From an uncultured Clostridium sp. (GTDB taxonomy: Bacteria > Bacillota > Clostridia > TANB77 > CAG-508), in NCBI GenBank assembly GCA_947648765.1, contig CANSOY010000002.1:7364-71363 (forward strand): DNA of 64,000 nucleotides, read 5' to 3'. How positions within the stretch are numbered: position 1 is the first letter of the stretch; the number at the start of each line of letters is the position of its first letter. The notes below the pieces were generated by a model, which was not told the origin of the DNA, searched no databases, and saw nothing but the letters and a program-made list of their open reading frames with translations. Position numbers and translations under genes: made by a program. Shown here piece after piece: positions 30,143 through 38,606 of this stretch.

Positions 30143-31024
30143 CTACTTTTTATTGGTTTCGATTTTCATAACTTCCCATTTTCGATTCAATGTTACTTTA
30201 CAATACGCATATTCATCCGAAAAATAATGTTTTTCTATTATGATTTGGATCTCTTGATATTGACTTGGATATTTGAGTGGTGGTTCTTTTCTTAATGCTT
30301 CTATTGTTTCTTCAATTGTCATATAACCATTTCTGTTGAAAAGATTAAGCCCATCTTCTAGAAAACATATTCGATAAAAATAGACTGCATTAGGAGTAGC
30401 TGCAAAATTCTCCTCTAGCATCTCATTGTTATTTTTCATGAACTCTTTTACGGCTCTTTCTTCCCTTGTCAATTCTATTTTATTGGTTCGTTCTGTTTTT
30501 CGATTGGAAAGATATTGATCGGAAGCAAGTTCAAATTCTGCGTCTATAATCGCTGTTTCAAAAGTCATATCCATCATTAAACAAATTGTATCTTCTGTCA
30601 TTTTTTTACGAATATATCGCTCTGTATTGGGTGTACCGACATCTGTATATTTGTAAAAAACATAATATCTATCATATTGCTCTAACGCTTTGTCTAATAA
30701 ATAGATATCTTGAATTGCTATTTGTTTTCTATTGTCTATCAATTCTGTAATCGTTTCTCTTTCTTCTATTGGTATTCGGTCATGTGGATCATAATCATAT
30801 TCTAATCGCTTATTATCACAATATGCTTTGTCTAATTCTAAGCGAAACTTTAGCACACCCTTTTCCTTATAACGACTATCCATTAAAATCGTATCGATTT
30901 CAAATTTTTTGATTGCTTTTCTTTCTATGATTGCTGTATCTAAGTTTGAGAACCCTAATCCTAACTGTTCAAACTTCTTGCTTTTTAGTAGATCTTTCCT
31001 TACTTTTTTTATTCCATAACTCAT
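30143..31024 (-). CDS. Hypothetical protein (~293 aa)
   Basis: ORF with an AAAGGATGG ribosome-binding site; start set at MSYGIKK; no recognised domain. Confidence 0.5.
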   Translation of the reverse strand: MSYGIKKVRKDLLKSKKFEQLGLGFSNLDTAIIERKAIKKFEIDTILMDSRYKEKGVLKFRLELDKAYCDNKRLEYDYDPHDRIPIEERETITELIDNRKQIAIQDIYLLDKALEQYDRYYVFYKYTDVGTPNTERYIRKKMTEDTICLMMDMTFETAIIDAEFELASDQYLSNRKTERTNKIELTREERAVKEFMKNNNEMLEENFAATPNAVYFYRICFLEDGLNLFNRNGYMTIEETIEALRKEPPLKYPSQYQEIQIIIEKHYFSDEYAYCKVTLNRKWEVMKIETNKK

Positions 31025-31039
31025 TTTCAATCCATCCTT

Positions 31040-32143
31040 TCACATGGCAAATACTACATTTTTTATATCTTGTGGCATGATTGTATATAAGTCATCACTG
31101 CCGTTTTCTTTGATTCGTACAGCTTGTTCAAATTTTATCTTCTCGACTAGATTTCGTACCAAATGTGCGTTTTCAAAATTTTCTTTGTTTTGTTTTACTT
31201 CGTTTTCCAAATACTTCAGCACAATTTCTTTACAGCCTTTCTCCAATTCTAGAAAATCTTCTTTTCGTTGTTTTGAAAATATTTCATATAGTTCTTCTAC
31301 CGTATAGTCTGGGAAGTCCATAAAAAATTGGATTCTATTTTTGAAACTTGGGGTTGCGTTCATCAGTTTTTCCATTTCTTCTGGATAATCTGCTAATATC
31401 ACACACAAATCTTCTCGATCGTTTTCCATTTCTTTCATCAATGTTTCGATCCATTCATAGCCATTTGTTCCTTGGACTAGCGAATATGCTTTATCAATAA
31501 ACAATACTCCACCGATTGCTTGTTGTATCACTTTTCTTGTTTTTGCTGCTGTATCTCCTACATATTCGCCAATAAAATCTTCTCGCCCCACTTCTACGAA
31601 AATTCTTTGCGTACTTAATACTCCATTTTCTGCAAAGATATCACTGATTATTCTTGCCGCTGTTGATTTCCCTGTACCAGGATTTCCACGCATACACATA
31701 TGTAGCATCGTTCTTCCTTGTCCGCCTCGCATTCCATCTACTTCCACATAACTCAATATTTTCCTGATTTGTTCTTTTACCTCTTTTAACCCAATTAGAG
31801 AGTTTAATTGGTGTAATCCATATTCAGATTTTGTATCTGCTTTTGGCTTCTCCCAGTTGAACAAGATATCCTCTAAATCAAAACAATCTGTGTTGATTTC
31901 TTGTAATTTTTGTTTATTTGCTTTCACACAGGCTCTAATCAGTGTTTTGTCTATCTCTATCATCGATTTTTCTGCAATCGAGTTTATCATCCAATCTTCT
32001 AACTTTATTTTTAATCCATTTTGTTTTGCTACATTTTTTATATATTGGATTTTTTCTTCCTGTGTAGGCTCTATTATCTTTAGTTCCCAATAAAAGTTTC
32101 TTTGTAACATTTCTCGTATGTCGTTTTTATCTTTTTTTTCCAT
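31040..32143 (-). CDS. AAA+ ATPase, SpoVK/CbbX family
   Basis: LIGLKEVKEQIRKI...GNPGTGKSTAARI (Walker A), VLFIDKAY (Walker B), and an arginine finger (PSFKNRIQ). The pattern aligns with SpoVK. Confidence 0.7.
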   Translation of the reverse strand: MEKKDKNDIREMLQRNFYWELKIIEPTQEEKIQYIKNVAKQNGLKIKLEDWMINSIAEKSMIEIDKTLIRACVKANKQKLQEINTDCFDLEDILFNWEKPKADTKSEYGLHQLNSLIGLKEVKEQIRKILSYVEVDGMRGGQGRTMLHMCMRGNPGTGKSTAARIISDIFAENGVLSTQRIFVEVGREDFIGEYVGDTAAKTRKVIQQAIGGVLFIDKAYSLVQGTNGYEWIETLMKEMENDREDLCVILADYPEEMEKLMNATPSFKNRIQFFMDFPDYTVEELYEIFSKQRKEDFLELEKGCKEIVLKYLENEVKQNKENFENAHLVRNLVEKIKFEQAVRIKENGSDDLYTIMPQDIKNVVFAM

Positions 32144-32176
32144 TAAATTTTCTTATTTTAGAATAACAAAAAATAT

Positions 32177-32569
32177 TCAGTCCCAATTTTTATGTATAAT
32201 TGCTTCTAATTTTCTATCGATGTTATTTTCATCATCTATCACATAAAGTTTCTTTTTCTCAAATTCCGTATTTTCTAGAGTATGTAAATCCGTAATAACG
32301 GTTATTCTGTCCTCTTCTATCATATTTTCTTTTCGCAGTATTTTGCGAATTATCTCTACTTCTTTTGCATAGTCTTTCGAATGGTTATCGCAGAATAGTA
32401 TGATATTATGATTTCCGATATTTATCTTGTTTGCCCTTTTGAGCCTAATATATTCCACATATTCTTCTAGTTCCTTTCTAAAAAAAGTTAGACCATAACA
32501 TTTGTCTAAACTTTTTAGAATATCTTCCGTTGTTTCTTCTTTCCTACTTTGTTTTTCTAAATTTTCCAT
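32177..32569 (-). CDS. Small hypothetical protein (130 aa), predicted alpha/beta
   Basis: Start at MENLEK with an AAGGGA ribosome-binding site. Alternating hydrophobic strands (NIILFCDNH, ITVITDL, KLYVIDDE). Confidence 0.45.
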   Translation of the reverse strand: MENLEKQSRKEETTEDILKSLDKCYGLTFFRKELEEYVEYIRLKRANKINIGNHNIILFCDNHSKDYAKEVEIIRKILRKENMIEEDRITVITDLHTLENTEFEKKKLYVIDDENNIDRKLEAIIHKNWD

Positions 32570-32692
32570 TCTAATTCCCTTCACAACCAAAAATCCTATC
32601 TACATTGTTAGTATATAGGATTTTTAAGTCTTTGTAAATTTTGTTGGTCATATAATGTATTGACTTGATGTCTAGAAAATTCTAAACATTCG

Positions 32693-33790
32693 TTATATTT
32701 GATAGAATTGGTCTAATTTTTTTCTACTCCAGAAGAAATTATTATGAATGAAAAAATCATATAATTTTCCTCGTTCTATTATTTTTATAATGCTATCTAA
32801 ACCTTCCTTTTTTATACGAATAGTCGCTTCCTTTTCTTCTATTTTATCTTCACTATATTGATTGCTACCAGAAAATAGATATATTTTATGATAAATCTTT
32901 TTCTGGGCATCTTCTACATATTTTGAATAATCTACAATCGCACGATTTTTTACTTGGCAAGTAATGATCTTAGGTTTCTCATTATCTTTCAAACACTTTT
33001 CTACTAGGTCAAATTCGTATTTCATTTTGTTTACTTTGCATTCTGATGGCAACAGTATATAATTATTCTCCTTTTCCTGTTTTAAGATATATAAATAAAC
33101 TAAGTCCTCTAAATCTCTGTAGTTCAAGGTATCTGTAAATGTTTCAAGTGTTAATTTTGTTTTTGGAAATTCAAAGTTTTCGTGTAAACCCTCTAAATAT
33201 TTCTGTTTATATAAATGATATATGTTTTCTTTTACCATATTCGTTTCAATACGGTCGATTGCACTATGTATTCTTTGTGAAAATCTTCCTACAATATTTT
33301 GTGGTAATTCATATTCGGAAAATTCATACCACTCTTTAACTGAACCATACCAACTTAGTCTAGGAATATTCAAGTCATTTGTTGCATATTCCCCCTCATT
33401 TAGTATATCTTTGCCATCACAATATCGAACTCCATTATTATCAACTACTCCTATATAATAATGTGCATTTTTTAGTCGCATAATTACGATGTCATTTTCT
33501 TGTATATTACTATAATTTTTTAGGCTTTTATGTGAAATCCCTGCCCCATCATATATGCTATTGTAATCTTTCTCATATTCAGCCGCTACCTTATCCGTCA
33601 AAATCTCATTTTTGTATTTTTTTCTAAAATCTTCTGAATTATGATGCCACCCCATTCCAAAGATTCCTTTTTGGATACAATTATTTTGATATTCTTCTAC
33701 AAATTCTTCGTTTCTATACTTCTTATCAAAAGGCATTAAATAGATAATCCAAAAGTTTTTTATCTCACCTTTTTCGATTATTTTATTCAT
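32693..33790 (-). CDS. Hypothetical protein: possible N-terminal EVE/PUA-like domain and C-terminal PD-(D/E)xK-like motif
   Basis: GGGAGG ribosome-binding site before MNKIIEKG. N-terminus: IFGMGW...ENDIVIMRLKNAHYYIGVV. C-terminus: YEFDLV...KIITCQVK, a D...QxK pattern. The domain assignment is inference. Confidence 0.5.
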   Translation of the reverse strand: MNKIIEKGEIKNFWIIYLMPFDKKYRNEEFVEEYQNNCIQKGIFGMGWHHNSEDFRKKYKNEILTDKVAAEYEKDYNSIYDGAGISHKSLKNYSNIQENDIVIMRLKNAHYYIGVVDNNGVRYCDGKDILNEGEYATNDLNIPRLSWYGSVKEWYEFSEYELPQNIVGRFSQRIHSAIDRIETNMVKENIYHLYKQKYLEGLHENFEFPKTKLTLETFTDTLNYRDLEDLVYLYILKQEKENNYILLPSECKVNKMKYEFDLVEKCLKDNEKPKIITCQVKNRAIVDYSKYVEDAQKKIYHKIYLFSGSNQYSEDKIEEKEATIRIKKEGLDSIIKIIERGKLYDFFIHNNFFWSRKKLDQFYQI

Positions 33791-33812
33791 TTTATAACCT
33801 CCCATCTATCTA

Positions 33813-35294
33813 CTACTTCTTAACTATCTCTTTCAGCTTTTCCCATATTTTAACCATTGCATAAGTATCTAATTTGCAATAAACTAAAAGTCCTTGTCTT
33901 ATTTCTTCTTGCTCCTCTTTTGTTTTCTGTGCAAGTGTTGCAAATACATTCATTGCTTCTCCGCCATTGTGTACCAATGGTAAATTATGATAATCCAGTT
34001 CTGGGTCATCTGGAAATAATGCTGGCAAAACATATTTAATTGAATAAGAACCTTGCATTTCTTTGCAATAATACATTCGACTTGCAAAAGGAACCATTAA
34101 GTCTTTTATATTGTTATGTATTATCCATAAGTCTTCTCTTAAATCTGCATATAATTCTGCTAGATTTTTGATTACCATTTTTTCGAATTGCATATTATAT
34201 GCTAAAACACAAGCATTTTTTTGGATATCTTTTACTAATCGCTCAGCCAGTTTTCTTCTTGGGTCAATTCCTGCCTCTGCTAGAAATTCTTTATGTTTGA
34301 GTTCTCCGCCTTCCTTTTCTATATAATGCAACGAATATTGAAAAGGTATTTGCATATATGGTCTTATTCCATCATATTGGGGAATTGGCTGTTGGAATGT
34401 TTCAAAATCCAAGAAATATAATGGATAATATAAATTTTTTAGAAAAGTTCTAATCTTTTCTTTGTCCATTATCGGTTCTTTATTAAATTCTTCAAATTCC
34501 ACTTGTTGCTTAGATTTCCAGTCTATCTCTTGCTTTAATAAATCTTTGAATTCATAAATGCCTTTATGATATAATTTCAATTTTTGGTCTTTTCTCATTC
34601 TTCTAATTTTGAACACATTGTTTTCCGGTAATTTTCTGGTACAATAATTCCAGTATTCACAATTATATGGAGCAAAACAATGCTTTCCGATGTCTTGTGT
34701 TGGTTCACTTTCTTGTTCCATATATTGATGAATTTCTTTAATTTTTTCTTTGATTTCCTCTTGCTTTGAAAGGGCAATTTCAGTTACATCTTCGATACGA
34801 AGTAACTTGTCTAATTCTAGTTCTCCCTTTCTTATATATTGATTGTTAATATACACGATACTTGCTTTCTTTACTTGATATCCTAAATTGAGAAGTATAT
34901 ACACTTGATAGGAAATATCGTCCAAATAAATATCGCTTATTGAAGTAGAACTTTTTACCTCATAGATTTCTACGCCATTTACATCATTTTTTAGAATATC
35001 TACACTACAGAAATTTTGGTCATACGCAAAGGAGGCTTCTGTAATAATATTAGGCTTTTTTTCCATTTGTTGCTTGGTTTGTTCTATCATTTTTGATAAA
35101 TCACTTTGATATTCAATATTACTGTATTCTCCAAGTAGTTCTCTCGCAAGTTCTCCCACTTCTGTTCCATTCTCCAAAACAGCCTCACTTGCTGTTTGTT
35201 CAGCACATTCTGGTTTATATTGATTTAACCATAATATTTTATTACATTGTTTCGCTTTGCAGTATTTCGATTTCGATAAGTGTACCTTGTCCAT
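33813..35294 (-). CDS. Cas4-like PD-(D/E)xK nuclease fused to a DEDD-like exonuclease (DUF2779-like architecture)
   Basis: N-terminal Cys (KYCKAKQC) and nuclease motifs (VDIL ... IYEVK ... YQVY). Three C-proximal Cys (CFAPYNCEYWNYC) suggest an Fe-S cluster. The C-terminal half has LYFLDFETF (a DxE exonuclease motif). Strong ribosome-binding site. Confidence 0.6.
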   Translation of the reverse strand: MDKVHLSKSKYCKAKQCNKILWLNQYKPECAEQTASEAVLENGTEVGELARELLGEYSNIEYQSDLSKMIEQTKQQMEKKPNIITEASFAYDQNFCSVDILKNDVNGVEIYEVKSSTSISDIYLDDISYQVYILLNLGYQVKKASIVYINNQYIRKGELELDKLLRIEDVTEIALSKQEEIKEKIKEIHQYMEQESEPTQDIGKHCFAPYNCEYWNYCTRKLPENNVFKIRRMRKDQKLKLYHKGIYEFKDLLKQEIDWKSKQQVEFEEFNKEPIMDKEKIRTFLKNLYYPLYFLDFETFQQPIPQYDGIRPYMQIPFQYSLHYIEKEGGELKHKEFLAEAGIDPRRKLAERLVKDIQKNACVLAYNMQFEKMVIKNLAELYADLREDLWIIHNNIKDLMVPFASRMYYCKEMQGSYSIKYVLPALFPDDPELDYHNLPLVHNGGEAMNVFATLAQKTKEEQEEIRQGLLVYCKLDTYAMVKIWEKLKEIVKK

Positions 35295-35421
35295 ATAATC
35301 CCTCTCTTTTTGATTATTTTATCAAATATTCTACCCTAATTCCACTATTTTGGTCATAAAACGCTTTTTAACCTATTTAATAGTATCATTTTGTGCCTTG
35401 CCTAGTATAGAAACCTAATAT

Positions 35422-35946
35422 CTATAAATTTTCACTCATCTCACTTACTACTTTATGTATTTTTTCTTGTTGACTCAGTATATCATTATAATTTAATGCT
35501 TGAAAACTATATTCTTTTATTACATTTAGTTTCAGATATTTAACAAATCCTCTAATTGAATGGTGCAACTCTTCTTTCGTTCCATTTTCATTTCCGCCAC
35601 CAACATAGATAAATATAACCTTCTTATTCGCTAATAGTCCACTTTTATATAATGGATGCAATCGGTCCATAAAATTTTTGAATAGCCCACTTACATTATC
35701 AAAATAATTAGGCACCCCAAAGATAATTAAGTCAGAAGCAATCATCTTTTCTATAATTTCTTTCATATCATCCTTGATTACACAATCTATCATTTTATGA
35801 CATGCTAAACAGCCTTTACAGTATTCTATGTTTTTATCTTTTAATAATAGCATTTGTGTATTCTGCCTATTTTTATCAATTATTTCTAATATGGATTGCG
35901 TATTTCCTTTTCGGTTACTTCCAGATATAAGTAATATATTCTTCAT
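35422..35946 (-). CDS. Flavodoxin-like / NAD(P)H-dependent FMN reductase family protein
   Basis: ILLISGSNRKGNT N-terminus and a flavodoxin-like fold with C..C pairs (iron-sulfur-flavoprotein-like). Confidence 0.7.
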   Translation of the reverse strand: MKNILLISGSNRKGNTQSILEIIDKNRQNTQMLLLKDKNIEYCKGCLACHKMIDCVIKDDMKEIIEKMIASDLIIFGVPNYFDNVSGLFKNFMDRLHPLYKSGLLANKKVIFIYVGGGNENGTKEELHHSIRGFVKYLKLNVIKEYSFQALNYNDILSQQEKIHKVVSEMSENL

Positions 35947-36017
35947 TTTCTATTCTCCCTATCCTATAAATAAAAAAATGCTCTTATCGGTTTAAAATCC
36001 TCTAAGAACACTTTTCT

Positions 36018-36104
36018 TGGTGCAGATAGTGGGAGTCGAACCCACACGGATGTTACTCCGCTGGATTTTGAGTCCAGTGCGTCTGCCAATTCCGCCACAT
36101 CTGC
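36018..36104 (-). tRNA. tRNA-Leu (anticodon CAA)
   Basis: Cloverleaf read by eye. Acceptor stem GCAGATG/CATCTGC, anticodon loop CUCAAAA, a long variable arm, T-arm GTGGGTTCGACTCCCAC, and encoded CCA. Confidence 0.85.
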
Positions 36105-36156
36105 ATAATTTACTCTCCTATCTTATCACAAAATAGACAGGAGAGCAAGTTTTTTC

Positions 36157-38487
36157 TTATCTTTTTTCATCTGCTTCATATTCTGTAATGTGAAGTTTTG
36201 CAAAAACTAATTCTTTCTTATCATTTTCATACGAATAGCCAACTTCTTTTTGCTCTTGTTCAAAGAAATCAAATTTATCAAAATCCACTAACATTTCTGT
36301 CGATAAATCCATTCCGACTGGTAACGTATTGTTGGTATTATCAAAAAAGATAATATTGGAATAGAAAATTACAGGCATTTTTTCTTTCAAGTTAATGCGA
36401 TACAATTTGCAAGTTTCGCCTTTGTTTTTGCACATGTTAATCGCATCTTGTGGATTTAAGAAACATACATGAATTCCTTTTGGTTCTTCTTCATCTGGTG
36501 CTAATAAATACACAGATAAATCCACTGGCAAAGTAATCTTTTGAAAAGACTCATGCAATAAATTTACAAAATCACGTAAACGGTCTTTGTAAAATTCAAA
36601 TTCCGTATCTGGACGAATGTTCAAAATCTGAAAGCGATTTTTTGGTGTTTCGCGATGTTGTGTGTTGCGAATGGTTTGCATTTTCGTCTTATCTTGGTAG
36701 GCTCCTCCAAAGATATCAAAATCCGCTGCTGCAATTTCTTTTTCGTTTTCTTTGTAGGCTTTTTTCATTTCTTTTAGTTCGTCTTCTAATTTTGCCTTAT
36801 CTGCTTTTAAGATACGTTTGCGATTAACTGCATTCATAGACTCTTCGCAATATCTTGCTACATAAATTGCATCCGTTTCGTCTTTGGAAAACTTTCTTCT
36901 TTGCAATTCGTCAATTTGAACGCCTAAGTCTTCTAAATCTGTTTCATAATCAAAATATTTTTTGATATGTTCTTTTCGCTCGCCATTTTTGTCTTCTTCT
37001 TCACCTTCATTTAGGCTCATAGCAACATCTTTATTCGTATATTTCCAAAATTCTAATAAACTCTTGCGATGGCTTTCAATTTCTTGTAAGTACATCGTTG
37101 CATTTTTGATTTTTTGCGTTAAAATTTCAGCTCGATTTTTTGATGCTTTCAAATCTAGTTTATTATTCTTTAATTCCGTTCTTTTTTTGTTGAGTATGGT
37201 ACAAAAAGCAATTAAATCCTCGATGGTATAATTCTTGTCTTCAATTTTAATCACTTCTTCTTTTTCCTCTTGAACGGCTTTTTCCGTTGCACCTTCTGCT
37301 TCTTTTTCTTGCTTTTTCAAATCGAGCACTTGGTTCATTTTATTTTTATTGCTTTTGCTCTTGAAGAAATACTTTACTTTTCCAAAGAATGTTTTTTTAC
37401 ATTCAATAAAGGCTAGAATTTGTTGCTCTTTTACGGCATATTCTTCACTTCGTTTTGCCACGATTTCTTTTTGCCCTGCTAATTCTTTTTTCACGCCATC
37501 ACATTCTAAGCGAATACGATTAACGGTGCTATTGATATGTAAAATCTGTTCAGTGATAAACTTTGGCAATGTCTTATGGTTGAGTTCGTCTTCTTCGCAA
37601 TAGAATTGCAAATTTCCTTGCTTGTTTAATTGATAGGTAAATTGATAATCTTCTTTCAATTCGCTTCCAATGATAAACAGTGCTTTCATGAGTTTATATA
37701 ACTCTTGTGCCTCTTTTTCGGTTTGTAGTACAATCGCATAGGTACTTTTTACTTTTTCATATACTGGTGCTTGCCCTACAATGCGAATGGTCCTTTTGCC
37801 TTTTTTATCATAAACCTCATAAATTTCTGGCCATTCTTTGGTAAAGAACCAGTAATAGTTTTGAAGATCTGCAATTTGGTCATTGGTAAGCATTTCTCCC
37901 GAAAATTCTTCATAATTAACCGGTGCATATAAGTATTGTTTCTTCTTTGTCTTGCTCATTTCAATTTGCTTTTTAATCACATACCACATAGCTGAATTGT
38001 CTGACTCTTTGGAGGAAACCAGCATAAAGTATTTTCCGATTGCATTGGAATAGAAAATCTGCCAAGCAAAATTATCGATATATTTTACTTTGGTTGGTAC
38101 TTCTTCTTGAAATTTTTCTTGCTCTTGTTCAATTTCTTGAATATGAGCAATATTGATGTTCATAACCATTTTCAAAAAGGCTGCGTGTTTTTCCAAATTT
38201 TCTTCACTGGAACTATCTAAGTATTCGCAAATTGGACTTGCCATTTTATATCGCTTTTGAATTTCCGCTAATCTTTCCACTGGTGAAATCATAATTTCAA
38301 TTTCACTCATATCAATATAGCGGTACACATGATATTTTTCCGCATCATATGATTTTGGTGCACGAAATTTAGGCGCCTCGAATTCTTTTAAGAACTTTGG
38401 TGGTCTTTCTAACTTTAATCCAATATATTCTAAGTTTGTTTTTACATGATCTTTTTCGTCGCTTCTTTTCTTAGGCATTTTTTTCAC
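36157..38487 (-). CDS. Large hypothetical protein (776 aa) with central coiled-coil
   Basis: Long ORF with a GGTG ribosome-binding site and an E/K-rich central region; no recognised catalytic motif. Confidence 0.6.
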   Translation of the reverse strand: MKKMPKKRSDEKDHVKTNLEYIGLKLERPPKFLKEFEAPKFRAPKSYDAEKYHVYRYIDMSEIEIMISPVERLAEIQKRYKMASPICEYLDSSSEENLEKHAAFLKMVMNINIAHIQEIEQEQEKFQEEVPTKVKYIDNFAWQIFYSNAIGKYFMLVSSKESDNSAMWYVIKKQIEMSKTKKKQYLYAPVNYEEFSGEMLTNDQIADLQNYYWFFTKEWPEIYEVYDKKGKRTIRIVGQAPVYEKVKSTYAIVLQTEKEAQELYKLMKALFIIGSELKEDYQFTYQLNKQGNLQFYCEEDELNHKTLPKFITEQILHINSTVNRIRLECDGVKKELAGQKEIVAKRSEEYAVKEQQILAFIECKKTFFGKVKYFFKSKSNKNKMNQVLDLKKQEKEAEGATEKAVQEEKEEVIKIEDKNYTIEDLIAFCTILNKKRTELKNNKLDLKASKNRAEILTQKIKNATMYLQEIESHRKSLLEFWKYTNKDVAMSLNEGEEEDKNGERKEHIKKYFDYETDLEDLGVQIDELQRRKFSKDETDAIYVARYCEESMNAVNRKRILKADKAKLEDELKEMKKAYKENEKEIAAADFDIFGGAYQDKTKMQTIRNTQHRETPKNRFQILNIRPDTEFEFYKDRLRDFVNLLHESFQKITLPVDLSVYLLAPDEEEPKGIHVCFLNPQDAINMCKNKGETCKLYRINLKEKMPVIFYSNIIFFDNTNNTLPVGMDLSTEMLVDFDKFDFFEQEQKEVGYSYENDKKELVFAKLHITEYEADEKR

Positions 38488-38606
38488 CTCTTATGTTTCC
38501 TATTATATACTAAAACCTATCTTTTTTTCAAGGCTTGTCCTTACGGATTTAAGAAAAAAGACACGAATTCGCCTAAAACTCGTATCTTTTTTCTCTAAAT
38601 TTTTTT

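Noticed and set aside
28760-36110. Classical integrative mobile element at tRNA-Leu
   Set aside because: No integrase, transposase or recombinase gene, and no direct repeat of the tRNA 3' end was found by eye at the far boundary. The region is therefore treated as a fixed island, not a mobile element.
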